Below, in pieces: positions 52,124 to 64,000 of a stretch of 64,000 bases of DNA (the stretch's first letter is position 1; each line of letters opens with the position of its first letter). Under the pieces are notes generated by a model, which was not told the DNA's origin, made no database searches, and saw only the letters and a list, made by a program, of their open reading frames with translations. The position numbers and the translations under genes are program-made. The DNA is from Phaeosaccion multiseriatum (Eukaryota > Protista > Ochrophyta, other classes): assembly GCA_965112735.1 (NCBI GenBank), contig OZ218962.1, positions 1,612,001 through 1,676,000 on the forward strand, given 5' to 3'.

Positions 52124-55100
52124 TCACGTCGTCTTGTGCGAGCGCTTCGGGACGTCGGTGTCGCTATCCGGGTCAGCGAGCTTGAATTCACATTGCCCTT
52201 GAAGCAGAGCTTTCTCGTAGACGTGCGTGGTAATCTGGGGTGCATTGAGGGGCAAGTGGAGTTGCTTCGTTAGCTTCTGACGTCGGCCGGCCGTCCAGGA
52301 CGAGGCGCTGCGCTGCGCTACACCAACAACAAGAGTGGGGCTCCCTGTTCACCTGCTCTTGTGCCTCCTCTAACTCCTTCTCCATGCTCTCAATCTGCAG
52401 GGGCGGGGGGCGGGGGGGGAAGGGAGTGAGCCGAGCCGCACGGAGCCGCGGAGGGGGGTTCCTGCTCCAAATGGCGAGAGACCAACCCGCAAAATCAGAG
52501 CGGACATGTTGGAGGTTGCTCACCTCCTGCTCCCTCTGGGCAAGCTCTTCCTCCATAAGCCTCCTATCCTCCATCATCACGCGAAGGGCCGCTTCCGAGC
52601 CGTTCTCCTATTGGGAATGCACAACGAGCCAAAACAAAGGTCAGGGGATAGGGGGCGCCCCCTCCACAATCGCCTCTGTTTAGCCCCTCTTCGGTCTCCG
52701 TTACCTCTGTTTCGGACAGCCTTGCAAGAAGCGCCTCCTGCGTGGCCTCCAGCCCAGCGTGGTCAACGCCCATCTGCTGGATCCTCCTTTGCAACAAGTC
52801 CCTCTCCCGCATCAGCTCGGCCTTCTCGGCATCGGCAGCTTCCACGGTTCTACAGGCGTGCAACAAACAATGGTTTCAAAAAAAAAAGAATCAGACGACA
52901 AAAGACCCACGCCTCGCCGTCCCCCTGCGCAGCTTTGGAAAGCCGCTGCCTCCACTCACATGTGGGATTGTATGAGGTGTCCCTCCGTGGAGCCTTCTGG
53001 ACATTGAACGGCCTCTCGCGGGCCCTGCCCCTGCCCCTGCTCCTTCGCCGCTCTTGCTGCTTCGCCGCTCCCCACGAGGGGCTGCTGCGGACTGCCCTCC
53101 TGTCCCGGACCAAGGCTGGCTTCGTAGTCCTGCTCGATCTGCGCGCTTGCCGCCCCCACTGCTTGTAGCCTCCTCTGGAGCGCCTCTCTCGCCGCCTCTG
53201 CCTCCCCCATACGCGCCTCGGAATCGGCAAGCGCGGCACATGTGCTGCTCAGGCGGGTTTGCAAGTCCTGGGAACGCGCCTCCGTGGTCTGCAGCCGCTC
53301 CGTGATGTCCGCCTCTCTGGCTCGGCTCTCCCTGAGCTCCTCCTCCTTCTCCGCAACACTCTGGGTGGCCATGGCCAGAGCCCTCTCCGCTTCAGCCGTT
53401 TCGGCCAGCGCGACGGCATTCCTTTGCAGCTCTCGCTCAATCTCAAGCTTCTCTTGTTGAAGCCGCTCATTCGCCTCCTCTGCTACCCTCACCCTCTCTG
53501 CGAGCTCCTCCCTTTCTGCCGTTCGTTGCTCAGCAGCCGCAAGCTCTGAGGCCGACACCAGCCCCTGCCCATGCGCCTGCTCGAGTTGGGCGAGCTCCGA
53601 TCCTACTCCTTGCAGTCTCGCTCTGAGCGCCTCTCTCGCCGCCTCTGCCTCCCCCATACGCGCCTCGGATTCGGCAAGCGCGGCACATTTGCTGCTCAGG
53701 CGGGTTTGCAAGTCCTGGGAACGCGCCTCCGTGGTCTGGAGCCGCTCCGTGCTGTCCGCCTCTCTGGCTCGGCTCTCCCTGAGCTCCTCCTCCTTCTCCG
53801 CAACACTCTGGGTGGCCATGGCCAGAGCCCTCTCCGCTTCAGCCGTTTCGGCCAGCGCGACGGCATTCCTTTGCAGCTCTCGCTCAATGTCAAGCTTCTC
53901 TTGTTGAAGCCGCTCATTCGCCTCCTCTGCTACCCTCACTCTCTCTGCGAGCTCCTCCTCCCTTTCTGCCATTCGCAACCGCTCCGTGCTATCCACCTCT
54001 CTGGCTCGGCTCTCCCTGAGCTCCTCCTCCTTCTCCGCAACACTTTGGGTGGCCATGGCCAGAGCCCTCTCCGCTTCAGCCGTTTCGGCCAGCGCGACGG
54101 CATTCCTTTGCAGCTCTCGCTCAATCTCAAGCTTCTCTTGTCGAAGCCGCTCATTCGCCTCCTCTGCTACCCTCACCCTCTCGCAGATCTCTGCGAGCTC
54201 CTCCTCCCTTTCTGCCGTTCGTTGCTCAGCAGCCGCAAGCTCTGAGGCCGACACTAGCCCCTGCCCATGCGCCTGCTCGAGTTGGGCGAGCTCCGATCCT
54301 ACTCCTTGTAGCCTCGCTCTGAGCGCCTCTCTCGCCGCCTCTGCCTCCCCCATACGCGCCTCGGATTCGGCAAGCGCGGCACATGTGCTGCTCAGGCGGG
54401 TTTGCAAGTCCTGGGAACGCGCCTCCGTGGTCTGCAGCTGCTCCGTGATGTCCACCTCTCTGGCTCGGCTCTCCCTGAGCTCCTCCTCCTTCTCTGCCAA
54501 TATCTGCTGAAAGGAGGACAGCTCATTCGTAGCCGCGGCAAGGGAGAGTGCGTTCAGGGACACTTGCTGCTCCAGACTTTGCTTCTCCAGAAGCAGTGCC
54601 TCAGAATCGGCAACTTGAGAGCCCGCCGCTTCTAATCTCGCTTGCAGTGCCCCATTCTGCTCCTCCAGCTGCGCAACTTTCTGCTTGAAGTCGCTCTCTG
54701 TGGACTGCAAAGCCTGTAGTAGCTGCGCCTCCGTCTGTCGGCTATCCAAGAGCTCCTCTTCAACGGCACCCACGTGCTGCTCGACAAGCGAGAGCTCTAT
54801 GGTGGCCTCCGCTACCGCCCTCGTGCGCTCCTCCAGCTCCTCCTCCAGGGCCACTCTCTCTTGTCGAAGCCGCTCATTCGCCTGTTCAGCGGCTCTTATC
54901 CTCTCGTCGTTCTCTGCGAGCTCCTCCTCCCTTTCTGCCGTTCGTTGCTCAGCAGCCGCAAGCTCTGAGGCCGACACTAGCCCCTGTCCATGCGCCTGCT
55001 CGAGTTGGGCGAGCTCCGATCCTACTGCTTGTAGCCTCGCTCCGAGCGCCTCTCTCGCCGCCTCTGCCTCCCCCATACGTGCCTCGGAATCGGCAAGCGC

Positions 55101-57416
55101 GGCACATGTGCTGCTCAGGCGGGTTTGCAAGTCCTGGGAACGCGCCTCCGTGGTCTGGAGCCGCTCCGTGCTGTCCGCCTCTCTGGCTCGGCTCTCCCTG
55201 AGCTCCGCCTCCTTCTCCGCAACACTCTGGGTGGCCATGGCCAGAGCCCTCTCCGCTTCAGCCGTTTCGGCCAGCGCCGCCGCATTCCTTTGCAGCTCTC
55301 GCTCAATCTCAAGCTTCTCTTGTTGAAGCCGCTCATTCGCCTCCTCTGCTACCCTCACTCTCTCTGCGAGCTCCTCCTCCCTTTCTGCCATTCGCAACCG
55401 CTCCATGCTATCCACCTCTCTGGCTCGGCTCTCCCTGAGCTCCTCCTCCTTCTCCGCAACACTCTGGGTGGCCATGGCCAGAGCCCTCTCCGCTTCAGCC
55501 GTTTCGGCCAGCGCCGCGGCATTCCTTTGCAGCTCTCGCTCAATCTCAAGCTTCTCTTGTCGAAGCCGCTCATTCGCCTCCTCTGCTACCCTCACCCTCT
55601 CTGCGAGCTCCTCCTCCCTTTCTGCCGTTCGTTGCTCAGCAGCCGCAAGCTCTGAGGCCGACACTAGCCCCTGCCCATGCGCCTGCTCGAGTTGGGCGAG
55701 CTCAGACCCCACTGCTTGTAGCCTCCTCTGGAGCGCCTCTCTCGCCACCTCTGCCTCCCCCATACGCGCCTCGGATTCGGCAACTTGAGAGCTCACCGCT
55801 TGCATTCTCGCTTGCAGTGCCCCATTCTGCTCTTCCAGGTGCGCAACCTTGTCCTTGAACTCGCTCTCTGCGGACTGCAAAGCAGCGGTGGAAGCGGCGC
55901 ACGTGGCCTCGGCGGCTTCGCACCTTCTGACACTCTGCGCCAACTCCGCCTCCCCTGCGAGTATGCGCTGCTCGGCAAAGAGCAATTCTGTAGACAAGTC
56001 CTTGCATGTCTGTTGGAGTTCTCGAGAAACTGTTTCCGCGCGCTGCAGAGTCTCGACGTGTTGAGCTTCTGTCTGTCGGCTCTCCCTGAGCTCCTCCTCC
56101 TTCTCTGCCAACAGCTGCTGCACGGAGGAGAGCTCGTCCACAGCCGCTGCAAGGGAGAGTGCGTTTTGGGACACTTGCTGCTCCAGATTTTGCTTCTCCA
56201 GAAGCAGTGCGTCCTTCTCCGCTGCGGCTGCTGCAATCTCCTCTTCCGTGCGCTCACTATCCCTGCTAACCTCCGCCTCAAGGGCTATCCTCTCCCGCCG
56301 GAGCCCGTCATTCGCCTCCTCTGCTACCCTCACCCTCTCGCAGATCTCTGCGAGCTCTTCCTCCCTTTCTGCCGTTCGTTGCTCAGCAGCCGCAAGCTCT
56401 GAGGCCGACACCAGCCCCTGCCCATGCGCCTGCTCGAGTTGGGCGAGCTCCGATCCTACTGCTTGTAGCCTCGCTCCGAGCGCCTCTCTCGCCGCCTCTG
56501 CCTCCCCCATACGCGCCTCGGAATCGGCAAGCGCGGCACATGTGCTGCTCAGACGGGTTTGCAAGTCCTGGGAACGCGCCTCCGTGGTCTGGAGCCGCTC
56601 CGTGCTGTCCGCCTCTCTGGCTCGGCTCTCCCAGAGTTCCGCCTCCTTCTCCGCAACACTCTGGGTGGCCATGGCCAGAGCCCTCTCCGCTTCAGCCGTT
56701 TCGGCCAGCGCCGCGGCATTCCTTTGCAGCTCTCGCTCAATGTCAAGCTTCTCTTGTCGAAGCCGCTCATTTTCCTGTTCCGCAGTCCTCCTCCTCTCCC
56801 AGCTCTCTGTGAGCTCCTCCTCTTTCTCCAAGAGTATTTGCTGGGCAGCAGCCAGCTCGCCGGCTACCCTCCCTTCCACCTCTCGAGCAGTCGCAGCCGA
56901 AGCATTCAGTTTCCTCTTGAGCACCTGCACCTCGCTCTCCTTCAGCCTGAGCGTGTTGGCCTGCTCTGCTGCAGCCTTCCCGGTGGCGTCCATCACTGCG
57001 GCAGCCTGCATCGAGCCCAACAGCCGGACGCGCACCTCTTCCGCGATGCGGTCCAGGGCGTCGGCCGTAGACAATGAAACTATTTCTGGCTGTGAATCGC
57101 CCTGTACATGCCCCGCATGTTGTTGCTGCTGCTGTAGCGGTAAATCTGCTCTAGCCCGGGCCCTGGCGATGGCTGCCGCACGAGCACTTCCAATCCCCCT
57201 CGCTGCTGGCCTCAACAGCCCCCCAGAATTTCGTGGGCCAAACCTCGCCACAGGACGACCATAGGCCGTCAAGTGGGCTGCTGATGCCGATCTCTGCCTG
57301 CTCGGCGGTGAAGCGGTGGGGCCCAACGCACATGGTGGGCGTAGGACCAATCGCAGAGGTGCCGGCTTGTGCGTGGAGCTGCTCCCTCGAGTCCTTAGCT
57401 GCTGCTCTCTCCTCAT
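52124..57416 (-). CDS. Long repetitive coiled-coil protein (~1,612 aa); exons 57416-52960, 52849-52705, 52607-52524, 52394-52353, 52234-52124
   Basis: A 4.5-kb E/A/R/L-rich open exon plus four small exons join in frame at GT-AG sites (total 4839 nt). Start is assumed at MRREQQ, because the upstream ORF part translates a pyrimidine tract. Confidence 0.8.
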
Positions 57417-57644
57417 GTTCCTCCACTTGGAGTGAACACCAAAGAAAAGAGAGAGAGAGAAGAAGAAGAAGAAGAGGAGGGGGAGGTGAAAGAGGCGAAA
57501 AATCCAATGACCGACGTTACATCGGGATTTTTGCTGCCTTATGGTATGCTTTCTGTTTTTGAACATAAGATTCGATCCGCTATCCGCTATCGGCGCGCTA
57601 TCCGCTATCTGGGCGTAGTGCGTCAGGGGTAAAAAAAGAATGAC

Positions 57645-60380
57645 TCATTCCAGGAAACTCAGGAGCTTCTCCATGCGCAAGCCTCGGGCGTCTCTGCATG
57701 TGTCGACTAAGTAGGTCTGGTCCCGCTCGCTCAGCTCAACCCCGCTCCGCTCCATGGCAGCTCTGAGCTCGAAGGGGCGGAGAGTTCCGTCGCCTCCTCG
57801 TTCTCGTCCTCGTCCTCGCTCTCCCCGTCCGTGTCGCTGCCGCTGCTGATGTGAAGAGCCGCTGTGACGTCTCACCTCTCTCCGAAGCTCCTTCACGCCG
57901 TCCTTCTGGCGTGCCAGCTTATGGCGCAGAGTACTGTCTCGTGAAGGGGAACGGTGCTCGCTCTGGGACCCATTAGCACTACCGCGACGACGCTGACGCT
58001 GGGTATATCCACTGTCACAATGGTCACGGTAATGGTCCTTCCTGTGCGGGGCGCGTTGTGAGCGTTCAGGAGAGCTGCTGGAGTCTTCGAACAGGGCCGG
58101 GCCGAGGGCCAACACAAATTCCTCGTAGAATACGCCCCCCAGGGAGTCCTGTGCTTCGGCAGAGGCACTCCGCCATGCTGCGGGGGCGGTCACCCAGGGT
58201 TTCAGCCCCAGGTCGAACAGGACTGCCTTGAGCTGCGGCACGGACAACCGCCCTCGCTGTTCGAAGTCTTGGTGTCGGAGAGCAGCCAGCACTTTCCCAG
58301 AGCCCCTCTCTCCACTCTCTCCACCTTCCCGCCGTGGCGAGCCCTCGTCTTGGTATGCACGCAGCATGGCTACACGAGCCTGCTTTGCGGGAATGGCGTT
58401 GTAATGGTACTTGCCGGAGCTCTGGTTCCTTTGCCTGCCAGCCATGAATTCGGAGAAACGCTGGAAGTTCACTTGTTGCGCTGTGCTGCTGCGCCGGCCC
58501 TTGAAACCGCCCAAGGCCTCCATGAGCACATCCACATCCGCCCCATCGAGGCGACAGCCAATATCAGGCAGAGCCAAAACCAAATCTCCCCTGGAAAGGA
58601 AACCGTCTCCGTCCATATCGAGGTGTTGATCGAAAACCCTGCGCAGATCTTCGGAGCAGCCGCCGCCTCCGCTACCCCTCCTCGCGGTCCTGCCCGAGCC
58701 GAGGAGCTGCCACACCGCTTCTCGAAAGGCAAGCAGTGCACCCTCGGATGCCCCGCCGGAGGCCTGCCGGCCCTGCTCCCGCTCATCACCTCGAAGGAAC
58801 GACAAAACGGCGTTGTACGGGATTTTCCCATCGTTATGCGTGTCCAAAGCGAAAACTAAGTCCTCGAGTTGGGTGTCCTTAAGCCCCAAGCCAACGCTGC
58901 GAAGACAGCGCCCCATAGCTTGAGGCCCAAGGCGGCCCAAATTCATCTCGTCCGCAATCTCCAGGCGCCGCTCGAGGTTGGTAAGCGTGGAACGACGGCT
59001 GTACTCCCCCTGCTCCAAGTGGAAGAGCAAATCCGAGGCCACCTCGGGAATGCGCTGCTGCCACTTGCCGAGATGGTCCAAAACTAGGCCCAGCAGCTCC
59101 CTGTACGACACCTGCCCGTTGCCGTCCACGTCCAGCAACGTCATGAGCAGCTCCAGCTCCTCGGCGCGTAGCTTGTCCTTTTCGTCCGGCTGCGAGGCAG
59201 CTAGGCAGCTGTCCAGCACTCTGCGGAACTCCCGCCTGCTCAAGAAGCCGTTCTGGTCCCTGTCGGCCTCGTTAAAAAGCGCGCGAAGATTCCGCAGAGT
59301 GTTCTTTCCTTTGCCGTCCCTTCCTCCGCTGCCCTTGATGGCCCGCACCACGCGCTCCGCCAGCTCGGCTTCGGTGCGGTGCCAGGGGTTGGACTCATTC
59401 ACAAAACACAAAAAGTCCCCGTACGAAATCGACCCACTGTCCATTTGCAAAAGCAGTACGCAGGGGGCGAAATCGATTAGCAAGCAAACAAAGTCATGAT
59501 TCCCCTGCCTCCCTTTCTGCCTGGTGCTTACTTGAGGTCTGTGTCCAACTCTTCCATCATCAGAGCCAAGTCCTCGTCCCGCACCGAAGGGAACAGGCGG
59601 TGCATGGCCACCTTGAACTCGTCTTGTCCGACGACTCCATCGTTGTTAATGTCAAACTGTCGGAACACGCGGCGGACGTCTGCGGAGGTCTTGGCCTTGC
59701 TTCGAACGAGCTCCCTAAGCCTCCCAGCAAGATTGGGAAGAGCGGCCACCCACTTTCCCGCGTACAGCGCCAAGAACTTGAGCAGCTCGCCATACGACAC
59801 CCCCCCCTCGCTCTCCGTCTCCAGCGCGTCGAGCAACCTTGCCTCCTCGTCGTAGGAGAGATACACACCAGCCTCCCTCAGCGCCTCGAACAGATCCGAC
59901 GCCCCAATCCTCCCCGTTCGGAATGTGTCAATCCGGGAGAGGCTGCGTCTAAAGCGCGTGAGCCAGGCCCTCGATGCGGGCTCTCTGCCCATGGCCAGTC
60001 GTATCTTCTCTGCCAGGTCGGGCTCGGCCTTCCACCAGTCCCCTTGGTGCCGCTGGAAGAACGCTACCAACTCCTTGTACGAGACAGTGTCACTGTTGTC
60101 TGCGTCGAGGGCATTGAAGAGCGTGTCCAACTCCTCATGGCTGAAGCCAAATTTGAGATTCTTGATGCAGGTGCGGAACTCGACTCTGTCCAGCGTGCCG
60201 TTCCCGTCAGCGTCTGCCATGATGAAGCGGCGCTGTATTGGACAGGCACGTAGCAGGGACATGGGTTTGGAATGTGCGTACAAAGGCAGGTACACAGGCA
60301 GATGGATTTGGAATGTGAGTACGCAGGCAGGCACACAGGCAGGCCGGCCAGGCAGGCAGGCAGGCAGGCAGGCAGGCACG

Positions 60381-60428
<48 letters not shown>

Positions 60429-63400
60429 CGTATGAGTCAGTCAGTCAGACAGTCAGTCACACAGGCAGGCTGGCAGGCAGGCAGGCAGGCAGGCAGGCAG
60501 GCAAGTATACGGGTCAGTCAGTCAGTCAGTCAGTCAGTCAGTCAGTCAGTCAGTCAGTCAGTCAGTCAGTCAGTCAGTCAGTCAGTCAGTCAGTCAGTCA
60601 GTCAGTCAGTCAGTCAGTCAGTCAGTCAGTCAGTCGGTCAGCCAGTCAGTCAGTCAGTCAGTCAGTTAGTCGGTCAGCCAGCCAGTCAGTCAGACAGGCA
60701 GTCAGTCAGTCAGGCAGATAGACAGATAGGCAGGTAGGCAGGCAGGCAGGCAGGCAGGCAGGCAGACAGGCAGGCAGGCAGGCAGGCAGACAGGCAGGCA
60801 GGCAGGCAGACAGGCAGGCAGGCGGAGACATGCAGTCGACACCCCGCCAGACCCTCAAGTTAACCCCTCCCTCACCCAAGTCGACAACCCTCACCTTGAC
60901 CGTGTTGAGCCACGACCGCCTGTCCGCGACCCCCCCCTGCGCCTCCATGTGTCTGAGCAGCGCGTCCGCCAGCTCGCACTCCCTCACGTACCAGGGCTCG
61001 TGCACAGCCTCTCCGAAGCGCCCTGTGGCACCCTCCTTAGTGAAGAACTCGACGAATTCCTGTCCACGAAGCGAGAGAGCGGGAGGAAGAGAGAGAGAGA
61101 GAGCAAATGTGTTTGTATACGTGAGAAGTGAGAAGCGAGGGGACGCAGTGATCAGCGAGAGGTGCCCAGCTACTTCTGTCTCCCCTCCCCTTCCCAACTC
61201 TCACATTCCAGCTGATGTGCCCGTCCTTGTTTTCGTCCAAGTGCTCCAACAGAGCCTTCGCCTCCTGCTCGCTCAGCTCCAGGCCGCAGAGGTCGAGCAC
61301 GCGGATGAACTCTCTGCGGCCCAAGCTGCCGCTCCCGTCCATGTCAAAGTCGGCGAACTTCTGCTGCAAGCTCTTGACCCAGCCGCCCCTCTCCGTCTTT
61401 TTGGCCAGGACCTTCCTCAGGCGGTCTGCCAGCTCTGCGAGGCGCTCGTACCACTTGCCCTGGGGCCCGAGAGTGGCGTTTCCTCCCAGCGCCGGATCTA
61501 TACCCCGACTCTCCACCAGCCCCTCCACCAAACAGCGCACGAGGGCAGCGTAGTCCACCTCCTTCTCCTTCTCCGCCGCTTTCCTCTTGCCCTGGACCCC
61601 CTGGAGCCCGTGGGAGTTGCTGCTCTTACCACTCTCCACAAGTTTCGACGCCCCGAACTTGTGTGCAAGCAGACGTATCTCGTCCTCGTCCAGAGACACG
61701 CCCACGTCGTGCAGGGCGAGCGCTGTGTCGGGGGCGGAGAGCACGCCCGTGTCGAACACGTCTCTTCGTCGGAAAGGCGCGCTCATGCCCTCCGACAAGG
61801 TGCAGCCAAAGCCTCGAGACAGTCTTCTCAAGTCACACAGCGCCAGCTGCTCCTTAACCTCCGCCAGCACCCCGTCCAGAGTCTTGACGGGGGGGAGGAA
61901 GATGCAATGTCCGTACTCTGTACCGCCCAAGAAGCCCTGCTCTCCAGCGGGTTGGAAGCCCTCTATTGCACCAGCGCCTGCAGGTGAGCCTAGCTTGATG
62001 CTGCCCGTGACAAGGCCGTCTAAAGTCGATGAGGCAGGCTCCCACAGCTCAATATACCACTCATTCTCACGAGCAATATCGTTACACATTTGCAGGAACT
62101 CCTGCACATCAATTCGATCCTTTTCATCCGTGCCTAGTCCTAGCTTCAGCATTTCCACACCTCTCGCGTCCTGAAGAGTCCCGAATGACAGAGAGAGAGA
62201 CGGCAAGAGCAATTCACGATCAGCGCCAACAAGTCCGGTGCTCCACCCCCCCAAACTGTTACGTGTATAGCCCCCAGTGGACCTACCATGCTATATCCGG
62301 CCCCGTTTAGAGCGCTGTGCAGCTGCCCAGCGGCCAAGAAGCCATTGTGGTCGTGGCCAAGAAGCTCCACACGCGCTCGCAAGCTCTTGAGCCCCCCCAA
62401 GCCCCCGCTGGCAATCTCCCAGGCCAGCTTCCTTTCGTGCGCCCCGACTACACCACTGCCCCGCAGTTCTTTACGCTGCTGGTGCTGCTGCCGCCGTCGA
62501 GGACTCCATCCAGGCGACTGCTTCCCTGCGTCGCGGCCGGGAGACGCAGAGGGCGACTCCCAAGCCTGCGCAAGCCGATCCGCATGCGCCCCCTGCGGGA
62601 CGGGCCCACTCTCAGACCGCACCCCCCTCTCCACCGCTCGCTGCGCCACGTCGACGGAGCGGCCCCAAGTCTCCTCCCCCGCCGACGGCAAGACCGCCGC
62701 TATAGTGTCACTTGCTGGATGTGGCGAGTCCTTCGTGGGTCCAGTGGCGGCTCGGGCTCTCTTCAGGGAAGAGTAGCTGTGCTTCAAGTCCTCAATCTCG
62801 TCGAAGAAGCCCCGGTCAAACGTGGCGAGCTCTGCCCGCAGCCGCTCGTTCTCCTCCAACAGCCCTTTCTTCTTGCCCAGTACATGCTGGTCCACCAACT
62901 TGTGCACGTGTTGCGGGGAGGAGCTCTTGCTCGTTTGAGACGAGCCGTTCGTGTCCTCGCGCGAGTGACCTGCCGCACTGTTAGATCCTGTGACGGGCCG
63001 CTCTTCTGCTCCCCCCTCAGGCGCTGCCATGTCGGCCGTGGCTGGTGACGACGACAGAGGCTTCCTGAGCGCCGCCCCACTTTCCCTGGCAGACTTTCCT
63101 CTAGCCACTGCCTGCACCATTCTCGCCGCTGAATAGCGCCTCTCCTCTTGCAGTGACTCGCGTGCTGGTGGTCTGTCTCGCCAGTGGTCTGATGAGAAGC
63201 CATGGCTCTCCTCCTCCTCCTCCTTCTCCTCCCCCCCTTCCTCCTTCTCCATGGACAGAGGTCTAGCTCGCCGTCTCACGGGAGCAACCCCCAAGAGGTC
63301 GTCCAGCATGGCCGAGACATTGATCATGGCGTCTTCGTCGCCGTAGAGAGAAGCGAGCTCCGCGAGTTCGTGATTTGAAAGGTCGAGAAACAGATCCACT

Positions 63401-64000
63401 GCGAGCACCTTTTCCACCTCTGACAAGGGTATCGTTCTGGCGGCACTATTCCTGCTGGAGCTCACTTGAGGAAGAAGAAACTCACCCAGCGTTTCTCCGT
63501 CGATACCTGCAGACTCCATAGCTCCCTCCAATTTGGCCGCTATGGACGCCTTGCTAGAGCCAGGCGAAAACGCCACTCTGACGGCCTGGTCCTTGCTACT
63601 GACTACGGGCGACTGGATCCTCTCATGCCCACCATTCCCTCCACAATCATGGTCCGCGCGTGAGTGTCCATACACAAGGCGACTAGGATTGGAGCCGTCG
63701 AGACTGACAGTGTCGAACGCCCTCCCCTGGACGTAAAGGGCTGACCCTTGGACTTCCACTCCATCTGCATCGAGCAACCCTGTGCTTTGGCGGCTCTTGG
63801 GGGGGCTTCTACTCCTGCTGCCACCGCTTCTCGGCTCCAGCCTTGTCACGGTCGTCTGCAAGTCACTCTCCACCTCCTGCGAAATCCGGGGCGCACATGC
63901 TCAGAACATACACGCGTGTGGGAGGGACAAGTACACATCAAGCCCCCAGACTCACCTTGTGCGCATGCTGGAGCCACTCCTTCACCTGCTTGGCCTCCGC
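57645..64000 (-). CDS. 5'-partial giant protein: IQ motif, CEP290-like C-terminal motif, then a large EF-hand array; exons >64000-63956, 63876-62287, 62170-61205, 61059-60895, 60232-59532, 59436-57645
   Basis: Exons join in frame at GT-AG sites (5259 nt in window); the phase-2 splice rebuilds the EF loop DTDLNGSISYGD. Other loops include DMDGSGSLGRRE, DENKDGHISWNE, DADGNGTLDRVE, DINNDGVVGQDE, DRDQNGFLSRRE and DVDGNGQVSYRE. Also IQ-like AARMVQAVARGKSAR and ELATFDRGFFDEIEDLKHSY. Confidence 0.85.
60324..60822. repeat. Intronic (GCAG)n/(GTCA)n compound microsatellite
   Basis: Tetranucleotide tracts fill the predicted intron 60894-60233. Confidence 0.93.

Noticed and set aside
52950-63740. Plus-strand ORFs overlapping the large genes
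   Set aside because: Antisense shadows of GC-rich, repetitive minus-strand coding exons.

Overview
Eukaryotic genomic DNA (GT-AG introns; probably a flagellated SAR/stramenopile-type protist, which is inference) with three zones. (1) 1-29.4 kb: a centromere-like satellite of 176/170/166-bp monomers with a young 1030-bp six-monomer higher-order repeat, interrupted by three insertions. The first is a 2.7-kb TG..CA element with a 4-bp target duplication, whose ends are built from six 89-bp hairpins in 'flip' and 'flop' isomers separated by a ~165-bp spacer found in both orientations. The second is a 3.4-kb non-autonomous split-direct-repeat (A1-internal-B1-A2-B2, Ngaro/PAT/TOC1-like) element inserted with no target duplication. 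The third is a 0.94-kb 'solo' A-B remnant of a diverged relative of the second. (2) 29.4-49.7 kb: about 20 kb of pyrimidine-skewed TCAC/TCCC/TTCC microsatellite mosaic with hidden anchor motifs and internal duplications. (3) 50-64 kb: three spliced minus-strand genes: a DIX-like protein, a ~1,610-aa repetitive coiled-coil protein, and a 5'-truncated giant protein with an IQ motif, a CEP290-like C-terminal signature and a long EF-hand array. The best candidates for something undescribed are the flip/flop hairpin element, the satellite-inserted split-repeat retroelement pair, and the CEP290-like/EF-hand fusion. All coordinates were counted by hand and no database searches were run.
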